Of a stretch of DNA of 62,474 nucleotides, positions 25,449 through 38,600 are shown in pieces. The stretch is taken from positions 1 to 62,474 of the forward strand of contig NGBS01000903.1 in NCBI GenBank assembly GCA_002245135.1, in the 5' to 3' direction. The notes beneath the pieces were generated by a model. That model had not been told where the DNA came from, ran no database searches, and saw only the letters and a program-made list of their open reading frames with translations. Each line of letters begins with the position of its first letter. The first letter of the stretch is position 1. The translations under genes were made by a program, and so were the position numbers. The DNA comes from Proteromonas lacertae (taxonomy: Eukaryota).

Positions 25449-27324
25449 ATGTTTGATCATTTTACTATTTTCACAAAAGCAGGAATAGTTCTCTATTCAA
25501 AATCCTTTCTAAAGTTAGTAGGATCACCGGTAGAAAAGATCATAAACACTATATTTCTTGAAGGGAAAGAAAGTGAAAATGTATACATTTATAATCAGTA
25601 TGCGATGAGATGGACAATGGCTAACGATCTTGGACTAATTTTTGTTGTAGTTTATCAAAAAATATTGCAAATATTATTCATGAATGATTTATTAGAAAAA
25701 GTAAAGGTAAAGTTTATAGAGAAATATCGTAATGAAATACCTGGAAGAATGTATCAAATATATTAATCTATTAAATTAGAGAACCATTAGATTTTGAAGA
25801 TGAATTTATGGAAATATTTAAATCTTTCACAACATCACGTAGTAAACTAAGAAACGCTCCAAAAGTATATATATTTATAAATTATTTTTTAAATAGCCAT
25901 TTGATATCACTAAGAAAACGAAGAAATCAAAGAATCAGAATAATTCAGATACTTCTAAATCTCCCAAATCTGAGCAAAAAGAAAATGGCAAAAATTCACC
26001 ACAAGAAGATGAAGACGCGTCATCACCAACTCATGAAGAAATAGATGAAAGAGAAGAAGCATTAAAAAGATTAAAAGAAAGATTCAATAAAGATGATAAA
26101 AAGAAAAAACAATCAAATACATTATCAACTTCAAATAGCGATTCAGGTAAAAAGAAAAAAGAAGGAAGAAGTTGGGGTGTATCAGAGAAAATAACAGCTA
26201 AAGATATGAAAGAATTGGATGTTAGTAAAGATAAAGATTTATCATTAGATTCAATAGAAGCAGATGTAAATATTGGTAAATCAGAAATGGAAATACAAGA
26301 TGAAGAAGAAGATGATATAAATGATAATGATGAAGAAATTAATGTAGGAGCAGAAGATGATGAAGACAAGAAAAAGAGCAGTGGTAGTGGTTGGAATTTT
26401 GGATTTGTAGGTGATTTATTTGAAAGAATATCTGGAAATAAAGTATTAAATAATGAAGATTTAGAACCAGTTTTTGAAGAAATGAAGAAGAAATTAATCT
26501 CTAAGAATGTGGCCCATGAAGTATCAACTGAATTATGTAACAGTGTAATGAAAACAATTGTAGGTAAAAAACTACCTAGTTTAACCACAACAAAAACAGT
26601 AGTAGGAAATGCAATAAAAGATGCTTTACTTCGTATTTTAACACCATCCAAATCAATTGATATTTTAAGACAAGTTAGTTTATCAAAAGAAAAGAATATT
26701 CCATATACTATCTGTTTTGTAGGTGTAAATGGAGTTGGTAAATCAACAAGTCTATCAAAAGTTGCATATTATTTAAAAAAGAAAGGATTTAGAGTTCTTG
26801 TTGCTGCTTGTGATACATTTAGATCTGGAGCTGTAGAACAATTGAAAGTTCATGTAAAGAAATTAAGTTTAGATATTTATGAAAAAGGATATTCAAGAGA
26901 TCCAGCTGGTTTAGCTCAAGAAGCAATAACTTATGCAAAATCTAATAAATATGATGTTGTGTTGATTGATACAGCAGGAAGAATGCAGAATAACGAACCA
27001 TTAATGAGATCTTTAACAAAATTAATAGCTTTAAATCAACCTAATTTAGTATTATTTGTAGGAGAAGCTTTGGTTGGTAATGATGGTGTTGATCAATTGT
27101 TGGAATTTAATAGAGCATTGACTGACTATTCAAATATGCAAAATCCAAGAGTAATTGATGGTATTATGTTGACTAAATTTGATACTATTGATGACAAAGT
27201 TGGTGCTGCTTTATCTATGGTTTATAAGACTGGTAAACCAATTATTTTTGTTGGAACTGGTCAGAAATATATACATTTGAAGAGATTGAATGTGAAAGAT
27301 GTAGTTCAAGCTCTTTTTTCATAA
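25449..27324 (+). CDS. SRPRA: Signal recognition particle receptor subunit alpha
   Basis: N-terminal longin/SRX (MFDHFTIFTKAGIVL...FVVVYQKILQ), charged linker, SRP GTPase motifs GVNGVGKST, DTFRSGAVEQL, DTAGR, TKFD, GTGQKY; two short introns near 25751 and 25865. Confidence 0.97.
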
Positions 27325-27439
27325 TTGTCAATTATTTATTGTGTATAAATTACCAATTTTATTATTAAGTTGCGTATTTTTTATTAAGATTAATTGTTTT
27401 AATTGTTTTTTATTTTTGACAGTTTGACATGTCAAAACA

Positions 27440-29059
27440 ATGTCATATTTTGTAATTCTGTTTTTCTTTCTTTATAGTGTATGTAATGAGTATCCTTTAG
27501 ATGAATTAGTTGAAGTAACTATTTTTCAGCCTGGTAATTTGGGAATTTCAATATCAAAAGTATTTTTTATGTCAATCAAACATTTAGAATTTAACAATAA
27601 CAAGTTTTTATCATTCAGATGATGATAAACCATATGAACTAGAATCAACTAAAATGGTTGGTGAAAATGATCAATTAGTTGCTTTAAATGGTATAAACAT
27701 GGAATATAATAATTAGGACAAACTGTAGTAGGATTATCTTGGGATAATGTTCTGAAAACCATATCAAACCTTCGTAGACCACTGAAATTGACTTTCCATC
27801 GAAATAAAAACAATGTAAATGAGAATATAAAGAATAAAATTACTTCAAGTTCACAGCCACATATTGATTTATCAACTATCTGTAATTTCAGAGTAGACTA
27901 TTCATTTCCAGTATCTGTTTTACCATTTTCATCAAATACAAAATGTCAATATCATTTTTTATATTTTAATAATCCTCTATTTCTTAACTTCTTGTTATTA
28001 TATACATTTGATCCAATTGTAATACCTTCTGAAGAATATGGTTGTTATAATTTAGAAGATGATGATTTAAAACATAAAATAGTAATTGTGAAAAGGGGAT
28101 TATGTACTATCTATGAAAAAGCATTTTATATTCAAAGTTTAGGTGCTTATGGATTAGTGATAGGTAATACAGTAGATAATTTAGAATATATCAATATTAA
28201 AGAGGTTAAGGAAAATCAAATTAGAATTCCTGTTGTTATTATTACTAAAACAGCTTATCAAAGATTAGTTGCATTAAAATCAACTAGTTATAAAATATTC
28301 AAAGGCAATATGCAGTTAAGATTTATGGTTGGTAGGTGTTTACCGTTAGACTCAGAATTTGTATACATATCTATTATTATTATTATTATTTAGCATTCAG
28401 CTTCAGCTGATGAGATTGATTATATTGAAGTTAAATCATCATTTAGTAGTATGAAGAGTGGTTATATGTTAATAAAACATCCTACTTTTGTAGTTAAAAC
28501 AGAATTTAGTTTATTTCATGAATCTCAAATACCTACTATTCCTTTGAAAGTTTTTAGTGGGAAAATACTAAATATCTGTAATAATAATAATAATAATGAA
28601 CACAATCTGAAAGGTGGAATAGTATTGATTGATTTGAATAATATGAATTGTGAATTAAGTGCTTTGGAGAATGATATTGTTAAATATAAAGGAACAGTTA
28701 TTATGACTTATGGATTTTCTAATAAAGTTATTAAATATATAGACAATCCACCACAAATAACAATTCCAATTGTGTTTATAACAAAAGAAAGATTTAATCA
28801 ACTTGAAGAAGCTATTGATAGAAAAGATGCTGAAGATATGAAAGTACAGTTTGTAGGTGATAAGAATGAAGATCTATTCTGGAATGATCTTTATCAGATA
28901 TATCATGAGAGAGAATGGAAAAATGATCCATTTTCAATGAAGAGATACTTTAATCAAGTTAAGAAGAAGTTTGACACTGGAGTAGATGATATTGATAATT
29001 TAAAAGTACAGTTTTTATATCATTTATTACTAAACAGCAGAATTGAGGATGAATTATAA
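27440..29059 (+). CDS. Signal-peptide protein with PDZ-like domain, two PA (protease-associated) domains and C-terminal EDEL
   Basis: Hydrophobic N-terminus; GNLGISI...DQLVALNG...RPLKLTF (PDZ-like); KIVIVKRGLCTIYEKA...GAYGLVI...IRIPVVII (PA); second degenerate PA (KGGIVLI...C...ITIPIVFI); ends IEDEL. Confidence 0.7.
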
Positions 29060-29276
29060 TTAATGATTAAGATATTAATTTAAATGTTGATTTTGTGAGT
29101 TATTTATATGCCATTCACCATCATAATTCTAGTTTACAATGAACTTACTTCATTTTTTTGACATGTAATTATTTACCAAAATTATGTAAATTACATAGTT
29201 CCAGAAAAATCATTGGCTGTTTTTGTAATTTTTTGACCATAATTCTCATAAACAATATTAATTGAAGATTTAAAAA

Positions 29277-30871
29277 ATGTCCAACTCACTAATTGACATT
29301 AATCAAACTAATAGTATACATTGATGTTATTTTTTTTAGAAATTAGTAAACCAAACCTTAAAGTCCCTCAGCAACAACAATTTGTTAATAAACAACAGTT
29401 TATTTCTACTCCAGTGAGTGAAGCATGCCAATTGCCGTGTATGCTACCTACAGGAAATGGTATTTCTATATTCATTTATGTTTTAGGTGCGAAAAAGCGT
29501 AAATGTAATAATAATATTCCAATCATTCTGCCACAACAGCTACAACAGCAAACTCCAAAACTTAATAGTGTTGATGCTGCTGAGTTGAAAAAGCAACAGA
29601 GAATAATCAGAAATAGAATATCTGCTCAAATGCACCGTGAAAGGAAATTTGCTTATATAACAAGCTTAGAAACACAAGTCAAAGAAAAAGATAGAATAAT
29701 ATCAGATTTAAGATCCAAAGTTGATTGTTTGAATAATCAAATTGTAGAACTTTCCAATATGAATATTTCTCTACAAGATCAACTTAAAAAATCACTTGAA
29801 AATCAAGTAATTAACAAGCCTTTACCTATCACTGATGAAATAATATCATCAGACGAAGGAGCTAATAAGACTAATTCAGCAACTTCATCACCAATATCCT
29901 CCGATGATTATAGTTCAGAATCTTCAACTGGAAGTCCAGAAATTGGAATAATAAGTGATGTAGATAGTCCAAACATCAACAGTCATGAAAATTTCTTTCA
30001 TTTTGAGCCAAATTTCGATGAAAATGATTATCTCTTTTTCAATACAGATAATATATTTTCATCATCTTCTTCAAACAATAATAATAATAATAATTCTCAT
30101 TCAAACTCATTCAATCAATATAATTCTATAATAATAGGATTATTGATATTTACTTTACCTTTGCTATTTTTAGCAAATGGATTACCATCAGTTGGATTTG
30201 GAGTTACAAGGAATGAGATAAGAATGAATAATAATAATAACAATTATAGATTCTTGGTAGAAAATGAACATTTTCCTGCATTACCTGATGCAATAGAAAA
30301 TCCAAAATTAAATCCGTTTGTGAGTAATCCACCACCTGATCCAGCATTGAAATCATTTAATGACAAATCATCAGATATGAGTAAGGCTATTAGTATATAT
30401 AAACATAAACCATTGAATAATGATATCTTTGCATTGAAGAGATGGGAATCTAAGCTACATGACCAATTGAAGAATAATGCAAATGATGTGTCAAAACAAT
30501 TGTTTAGTAAAAGAGATGATGTGAATAGCAAGAATAATCATTTAAGACATGATAAGCAACATCACCATGAAGAAGATTATCAACGTAAATATAATTCTTC
30601 ATATCTTATGTGTCCAAATGCATTTGGTAAGATGTTGTTGTATGATGGATCATATATCACTGATGAGAACAACAATATTTTGAATTTGACAGATATAAAT
30701 ACAACAAATTGTGAAAAAGAAGGTGAAAAACCATTTTTGTTGTTGTTAATACCAAGACATCATATCCAATTAGAAGGTGATTACAATGAATCTGAGAATG
30801 ACAAAGCAGAATGGGTTGAAATTTCGTGTAATGTTGTTCGTTCAAGAATTGTAAGGAATTTAGCTATGTAA
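29277..30871 (+). CDS. Membrane-tethered bZIP transcription factor (ATF6/bZIP28-like)
   Basis: ATG 29277; introns 29314-29339 and 29460-29486; basic region KKQQRIIRNRISAQMHRERK plus leucine zipper; TM IIIGLLIFTLPLLFLA; luminal RFLV; C-terminal LLLLIP...WVEISCNV. Confidence 0.85.
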
Positions 30872-31014
30872 ATGTTATTAACTCACACTTTTATTTTATT
30901 TCTATACACATTTTGATTTGATAACTTGTTTGTGTTTAGGGGAATATTGATAAATTGTTGAAATACGTTTTTGAATGTATTATTGCGTATTTTTGTCTTT
31001 GTTCATTTATTAAA

Positions 31015-32709
31015 ATGAAAACAGGATATATTGCAGCTATAGATCAAGGAACCACAAGGTATATATCTGTAGTTGCTATTTTGAACATAGTACAAGGTTT
31101 ATGCTTTTCAATCACAATGGTGAACCTGTAGCATCACAAAAATTGGAACATGAACAAATTATGCCCCAGCAGGGCTGGGTTGAACAAAATCCGATGGAAA
31201 TCTTAGAAAACACAAAGGTATTATTCTATTCTATTTGTTAGAAAGTAATAGAATATACTATTGTGTCATCAAAAATACAATTATCAGAAATACATGCTTT
31301 AGGCATTACCAACCAAAGAGAGACAACAATTGTGTGGAATAAGTATTATTTTGTTATTATATTGTCTTCAGATATACAGGTCAACCTTATTGCAATGCAA
31401 TATGTTGGATGGATAATAGAACTAGCGATATGTGTAAACAGCTACTACAATCAGGAACAATTAAACAATACCAAAGTATAACAGGATTGATACTCAATCC
31501 TTATTTTTCAGGCACAAAGTTAAAGTGGATTATAGATAATGTAGAAGGTGTTAAAGCAGATATGGAAAAAGATGAAGTGTTATTTGGAACTGTAGATTCA
31601 TGGCTAATATGGAATTTGACAGGTGGAATAAATGGAGGAATTCACGTTACAGATCACACAAATGCTTCTAGAACATTCCTATATAATTTACATACACAAT
31701 CTTGGGACACAAATCTATTGAATTTATTTGGAATAAAACCTACAATATTACCAAAAATACTACCATCTTCATTTAATAATTTTGGAAGATGTAAACAGAT
31801 ATTAAATGGAGTTCCAATTTGTTCTGTATTAGGAGATCAACAAGCTGCATTGTTTGGTCAATGTTGTTTTAATCCTGGTGATTGTAAAAACACTTATGGT
31901 ACAGGATGTTTTATGCTAATGAATACTGGGTTAAATCCAGTCATAAGTGAATCTGGATTATTAGCTACTGTTGGTTATAAAATTGGAGATGAACCTATTG
32001 TATATGCTATTGAAGGAAGTGTTGCTATTGCTGGTGCTTTAATTACATGGCTTAAAGATAATATGGGAATTATAAAGAAAAGTGAAGATGTATATATATA
32101 TATAATTTATTATTATTATTATCTAGTGTGAGGCAATGGCAAGAAAAGTTAATAATAATGATGGTATTATGATTGTTCCAGCTTTTTCAGGACTAATGGC
32201 TCCTTATTGGAGAAATGACGCTAGAGGAATAATCATTGGTTTAACTCAATATAGTAATAAATATCATATAGTTAGAGCAGCATTAGAATCTGTTGCTTTG
32301 CAAACAAGAGATGTTTTTGAAACAATGAAACAGGAATCAAGTATAACATTTTCTTTATATATTGTTATATATAGAATTATCATTGAATACTCTTAAAGCA
32401 GATGGTGGAATGACACATAATTCTGTATTTTTATCATGTTAATTTTATTTATAGTTTTTAATGCAATATCAAGCTGATATTCTAAATACTACAGTTGTTT
32501 TGTCTACTACAGCTGAATCAACATCAAGAGGAGCTGTTTTTGCTGCAGGTCTTGCATGTGGGTTTTTTAATGATTTGAACGAATTGGTAAGCAAATGGAA
32601 GTGTCTCACTACATATAAACCATCAATGAAAGATGATGAAATTAATAGGATAGTTAATAGATGGAATACAGCAATTTCAAGAACATTTGATTGGAAAAAT
32701 GAAAAGTAA
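31015..32709 (+). CDS. GK: Glycerol kinase
   Basis: AIDQGTTSTR across intron 31059-31090, [75 protein letters not shown]. Confidence 0.98.
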
Positions 32710-32982
32710 ATAATTTTTATTGTTTTTTAACTGTTCATTTGTATTAATGATATTTTATTTTACATAAACAATGTATGTAAATATAATTAACAGTAGTGAA
32801 AGAAATATAAATTGAAGTTCGAATGAAGCTTCTTCTGTTTGAAGATTTGTTAAAACGACTCCAATCTCATATTCAATAAATATACTTTTAACTTTAAAAT
32901 CATTTATGTAAAAACTATTCATTTATAAATCCATGAAACGGATAGTTTACTGAAATTGTTTTTTAATATTTTTTACTTTACA

Positions 32983-34091
32983 ATGTTTTCATTAGGAACT
33001 TATATTAACGGACCTAATAATAAAAATCATGGCTTTGTTTCAGTTGATTTACATCCAAAAAATAACAAAAATCTTAAACAATTAGGAAATGAAATAAACA
33101 GAAGAGATTTATATGCAATATGGAATAATTATTATTTTGAAAATCCAGATGAATGTTTTGATGGGCCATTTCCAAATACTATAACTATGGAACAGATTGG
33201 TGTAAATATAACAAATGACGATCAAATGAATTATAATGAAGAAGTTCGTAATATTAATTCTCCTCCATCTTCATCACCAGAATCTGAGTATCAGCAACTT
33301 ATTCAACAACAACCTATTCAACAACAACCTATCCAACAACAACCAATTCAACAACAACCAATTCAACAACAACCTGTTCAACAACAACCTATTCAACAAC
33401 AACCTATCCAACAACTTCCAATTCAACAACAACCAATTCAACAACAACCTATCCAACAACAACCTATTCAACAACAACCAATTCAACAACAATCTATCCA
33501 ACAACAACCTATCCAACAACAACCTATTCAACAACAACCTATTCAACAACAACCTGTTCAACAACAACCAAGTCAACAACAACCTATCCAACAACAACTA
33601 CTACAACCTCAATTACAAAAACAGAAAAAACGAACAGTACAGTTTATTCGTCCTAAGAATCAAAAGGCAAATAATCAAGGAAATAAAATAGAAACTCCTC
33701 AAGACAATAAAGTTAATGGAAATAACAATAATGTTCCTCCAGTTATTAATCAACCTCAACCACCACCACAGCAACAGCAATATTATCAAACTCCTCCTCA
33801 ACAACAACCACAACAGTTTCCTAATTCTGGTCTTCAATATGTTGCCACCTTCCAATTCATCGATCCATACCTCAACAAAATCCTCAACAACAGCAGCAAT
33901 ACTATTTTCAACCTCCTTCTGCGCCTCCACAATATTACCAACCACCTAATCAACAACAATATCCTAATTCTGATGGTCAATTTCTAATACATCAACAACC
34001 TCCATATATGAATCAACCAGGAGGAATAAATCAAAATCCTCAATACTACCCACCACCACCTCCTCTTGCTTTTCAAACCCCTAAACAATAA
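32983..34091 (+). CDS. Gln/Pro-rich protein with IQQQP tandem repeats
   Basis: ATG 32983; ~100-aa non-repetitive N-terminus; frameshift near 33850 after which Q/P/Y-rich coding continues to TAA 34089-34091. Confidence 0.7.
33301..33600 (+). repeat. Coding minisatellite, 20 x 15 bp (attcaacaacaacct; IQQQP)
   Basis: 300 bp of 15-bp units with mostly synonymous variation (att/atc, cct/cca). Confidence 0.95.
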
Positions 34092-34227
34092 CATACTTTT
34101 ATTCATTATGATTTAACTTTTTGTTAAAAAGAAACAAGAAAAACAAAAGGACAATTATTATCTTCATACATAATGAATATTTTTAATTTTTATATTATTT
34201 AAATTATACAAAAGCAAAATGATTATA

Positions 34228-35490
34228 TTAAATTGTTATTAAATCTGCTATAGTATAATTTATGTATTTTTCATTACATATTACTTTCATCAAATTAATT
34301 ATATTATTCAAATATGCTTTAATTTCATCATCATAATAATGAGGATATGTATAAGGACAAGATAAATAACCAATTCCATCTACTGTGAATGAATATAGCA
34401 ACAAATTAGTAATTCCTGGAAATAGAGAAGTAGTAGGAAATATATTCTGCTCTATCACATCAAATGGAAATTCACCATCATATTGTTTCTTACAAGGTGT
34501 TTTTCCTAATGTACTGCAATCTATTGAATAAGGAGGTAAATAAGAATGATCAGAATTAATGTAGTAATCATACAGCTGTTGTCTTTTGCTTAATTCTTCA
34601 TGCAAAGTCTTTGATATATCTTTTAATAATTCAATCACTTTATCTTCTTTTTTAATTATCTTTCCAACATATAAATAAGCAGCTCCACATACAATATCAT
34701 CTTCTAAAACAAGAGGACTGCAATCACATCTTCCTTTTCCCTCTGCCATAACATGAAATCTTACTTCTTTACTAAAATCATAAATATTAAACATTTTCAT
34801 TCTACTTAATAATGATGTTATCCATAACAGACTTTGGAATGTAAAATGATTATCATGACTACATTTCAGTATTGCTTTTAAATCTTCACTGTTTATTAAC
34901 TCTTGCTTTACATGATAAACTATTTTATCAACTTCATTACATTCATGAATGAATTTTGGAAATGTCAATATTGGAGTTGATTTATTTATATAACTGTAAT
35001 TTAACCCTACTACACCTTCTGGAATAACAACTTGTTTTTGAATTGAAGCGTAACCATGTTTTTGCGGAAGAATTGAAGGATTAGACAAATATTGACAGAA
35101 TTTATGTAATAAAATAATCCCTGATATACCATCAACCATAGCATGATTAAAAATTCCGACAATATCAGTTGTATTATTAATCTTGTCAACATAAACATAA
35201 TAAACTGAAGTTCTATCTTGCTTTTGATTTGTTTCTTTTCTTATATTTTTATAATAATCCTCATTAGTAAAACACTGATTATAAAAATAAAGCTTTGGCT
35301 GATATTCTTCTTGTAATTCTAATATGTTCGTTCCTGGTTTAAATTTTGAAGTTAAATAGTCATATTCTTTCGACAAAGTGTTAATTGTTCTTTCTACTTG
35401 CTCCTTAATAACATATTTGTTAATTTTAACTCTCCAAGTTACATAACATTCACTGCAATGAGTTTCATAATCACTTAATTCGTAGCTCAT
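34228..35490 (-). CDS. CoA-dependent acyltransferase of the condensation / alcohol acetyltransferase / PapA5 fold
   Basis: Intronless 420-aa ORF with HxxxDG motif (IFNHAMVDGISG) at the usual position and a later CSHDNHFTFQSLL segment typical of the second lobe. Confidence 0.7.
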   Translation of the reverse strand: MSYELSDYETHCSECYVTWRVKINKYVIKEQVERTINTLSKEYDYLTSKFKPGTNILELQEEYQPKLYFYNQCFTNEDYYKNIRKETNQKQDRTSVYYVYVDKINNTTDIVGIFNHAMVDGISGIILLHKFCQYLSNPSILPQKHGYASIQKQVVIPEGVVGLNYSYINKSTPILTFPKFIHECNEVDKIVYHVKQELINSEDLKAILKCSHDNHFTFQSLLWITSLLSRMKMFNIYDFSKEVRFHVMAEGKGRCDCSPLVLEDDIVCGAAYLYVGKIIKKEDKVIELLKDISKTLHEELSKRQQLYDYYINSDHSYLPPYSIDCSTLGKTPCKKQYDGEFPFDVIEQNIFPTTSLFPGITNLLLYSFTVDGIGYLSCPYTYPHYYDDEIKAYLNNIINLMKVICNEKYINYTIADLITI

Positions 35491-35611
35491 CTGAAAATAT
35501 AAAATAAAATGAATAGATGTATAAAGAAACTCGGCTTGAGAATTATTTTGGATGAAAATTCAAATAAAATGAGATTAAAAAAAAGAAAATTACAATTATG
35601 TTAATATTAAT

Positions 35612-38600
35612 TTATGAAATAGTCTCATATCCCTTTGTTCTATTTCATTATATATAAAAATTGATAAATATACGCTATTTCCATAATACTAAACGGTTTA
35701 GTTGCTCCAGGAGCAGCAGATGCATTTGGAACAAACCAACTGCTATTATTATTTGCCATTTGTTCAGTCATTATTAACATCTTAGATACTTCTTCCCTAA
35801 ATATACTACAGCAACTCTTCAATATTGTACTATCATCAGTAAATATCGAATGTTTCTTCAATCTGTCAGTCATAGAATCATTAAACTGTGTCAAACAGTT
35901 ATAATACTGTAATATCTTGGGAAATATAGTATAAATAGGATGGACAATAACTAAGAAGATATACAAATAGATAAATATACTCTCATGATTTTCACTTCTT
36001 ATAAAATCATCAGTCATGCATATTCTATACAAAGTCACATATGGAATAGCATATGTATTAATAATAATAGAATAAGCAACATAATCTAAACATTGTCTAT
36101 ATTCCAAAGGTAACTTTATAACTGGACATGTTTGAATGGTTAGAGTTGCTTTCTTTTTACCTGTAAAGAATCGAGCTAATGCTTGAAATCCTTGTCTTCT
36201 TTGTAATGTGTTATTTGGATCTATTCCTACTGGATTTAAGAGAGAACCACCATATATATCTAAATTTATTTTTCTATTTGTAATATATATATATTTCTAT
36301 TATACTTTTCGATTGGTATTAAACAGAAATCTCTCAATAATTGTTTTGAATAGCCACACATCACTTCAATAGTACTCTATTAATAAATGAATAATATATA
36401 TAATATATACTGTTTCATTGGGCAATTGTATAACCATATTTAACTCAAATACTATAAATATATTATACTTCTCAATTGCTCCTCTTTTATAATCCCATTC
36501 GTATCTAACAAATATATTATTTGAATCAATTTTATCAATTGCTTTTGCTGTTTCAGCTGTTTCTTTAATTGGCTTTTTCTTTGGCAATTCAAACGACCAA
36601 ACATCTTCTAATTCTTTATTCCAATTTGCTAATACTTTATATTGATTAGATAACATATTAATTCTACCATTTTCACATTCTTCTATTATATAAATTCTCA
36701 CATACCTTTCTCTAATTATATCACTTAATAATCTCATTTGATTTGGGGGGTAATTCTTCGTTTCAGGATCAATAGGATGAGGTAAACCTTCAATTTTGGA
36801 AAGTAAAAAACTTGTTTGAAATATCACACGATTTGATTGTTTTTCTAAGTACTTCGATGAAACTCTTGCTCCTTCTGAATCTAATACAATTGAATTATAA
36901 TCGTCATAATTAGTGAATTTCAATGCTTTATTATATGAATTTTCATACTATATTATTATATATATATAATATACTAAGTTATCATAATCTTTTCCAAATG
37001 ACATTCTATATGTTTCTGGTAAATATTTCATTCTATCACAATAATTTGGATTGAAAAATGATATTGAATCTAATAATTTAGAAACAAATTTTTCATCACT
37101 TGAATGTGGTAGAATTACTTTAATTCCTCTTTCATCTAAATATTAATTAATAATAAAATTACATATACATATTCTAACAAAAAGATCAATCATTGCATCT
37201 TTTCGAATAATATCTGTTTTTAATGGATCTAATTTCTCAATAATTCTTTCAATATGCCTCATATCAGTTTCTTTAGGATGATATCTTCCTAAACTGTTCA
37301 GATACTAATAATATATAATATAATATAATACATTTATAAAAGTATCTTTATTCATTCTTCCAGTATTTGCATGATCTAAATTTGACCATTTACTCTTTAT
37401 TGTTAGTAATACTTTTCTTGATAATACTCTATATATAAGAAAATTAAAAGATAATAATAATTATACTTTTTTAATAGGAAGTATCTATTGAAATAGGAAA
37501 AAAATTGATCTCCACTGATTGCAAATTCTTCAAACATGTTTGCATTGATGGAACTGTTATTATTATTATTATTAGCTTGTTGTTGTTGTTGTTGTTGTTG
37601 TTGCTGCTGCTGTTGTTGTTGTGTTCTTCTTGGATCTGCTAATGTCTTTTTCTTATTATTTGGTGTAATATAATGCATATAATCCTTCTGTAATTCAATA
37701 TTGACTTTATCCTATTCAAATACATATCAAAATATTAATAATACATCATCTATATCTTCATCAAATGATCTGTAAACTGTAGCAATATCTTTCAGTTTAA
37801 CAGTTCCATTGGGTTGTTTTATTTTATCATAAATCTCATATAAATCTTTCGATAGAAATTCATTTACAGATAATATAGTTTTATTAAATCTACTTCTCAA
37901 TTCCTGACCTTTCCTAGTATTTGTTCCTAATAAATGAATTAAAAAATCTCTATATCTTATATATATAAGGTCTGTTGGAACTTCTTGATATTCTGAATAA
38001 AATTGTACAATAAATGATAATTCTGATATTGAATATGGATAGCCGAAATCATCTAATATATTCTTAAATGTGTAGAATTCAATTGTTCCCTTTTTATCTT
38101 TATCAGCCTATTAAAAACAACAATAATATATATATATATACATCTTCAAAGGCGAAGAAATCAATATCAATTTGATCAAAAACTCTACTCATAGCATCAT
38201 ATTTCTTTGCCAATATATCATGATTAAACTCTGGATCAATAAATGAAGCAAAATCTCTCCAACTATAGTAAAAATAATTATTATATATCATCATATATAC
38301 TCAATATTACCTGATTTATCCCAATCTATTGCTGTAATTAATTTATTACTTTCTTCTGGAGTTAAATTCACTTTTATCTTAGTAATTAATTTTCTAAAAT
38401 CAACTAGATTTAATACACCATCTCTGTCTTTATCAAGAGCTTCACAGAATTCATTTATTCTCTTCTTTCTATTGACTTGTCTGTTGAAATTGTATTTGAC
38501 TAATAAAAGTAAGTTTAATATATCATCTGTTATTGAATCAACTCTTATGAAACTTTGGAATTGTGAAATATTGATTAAAACATCATCTAAATAATTAATT

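Noticed and set aside
5167..29197. Shared near-palindromic 14-mer ATGTAAATTACATA at 5167-5180 and 29184-29197
   Set aside because: Many 14-mer matches are expected by chance at this AT content; two copies are not enough to call a regulatory site.
33236..33945. Alternative-frame and antisense ORFs over the IQQQP repeat (NNNLF and LLLNR repeats)
   Set aside because: Shadow frames of a stop-free minisatellite; the synonymous variation pattern supports only the IQQQP frame.
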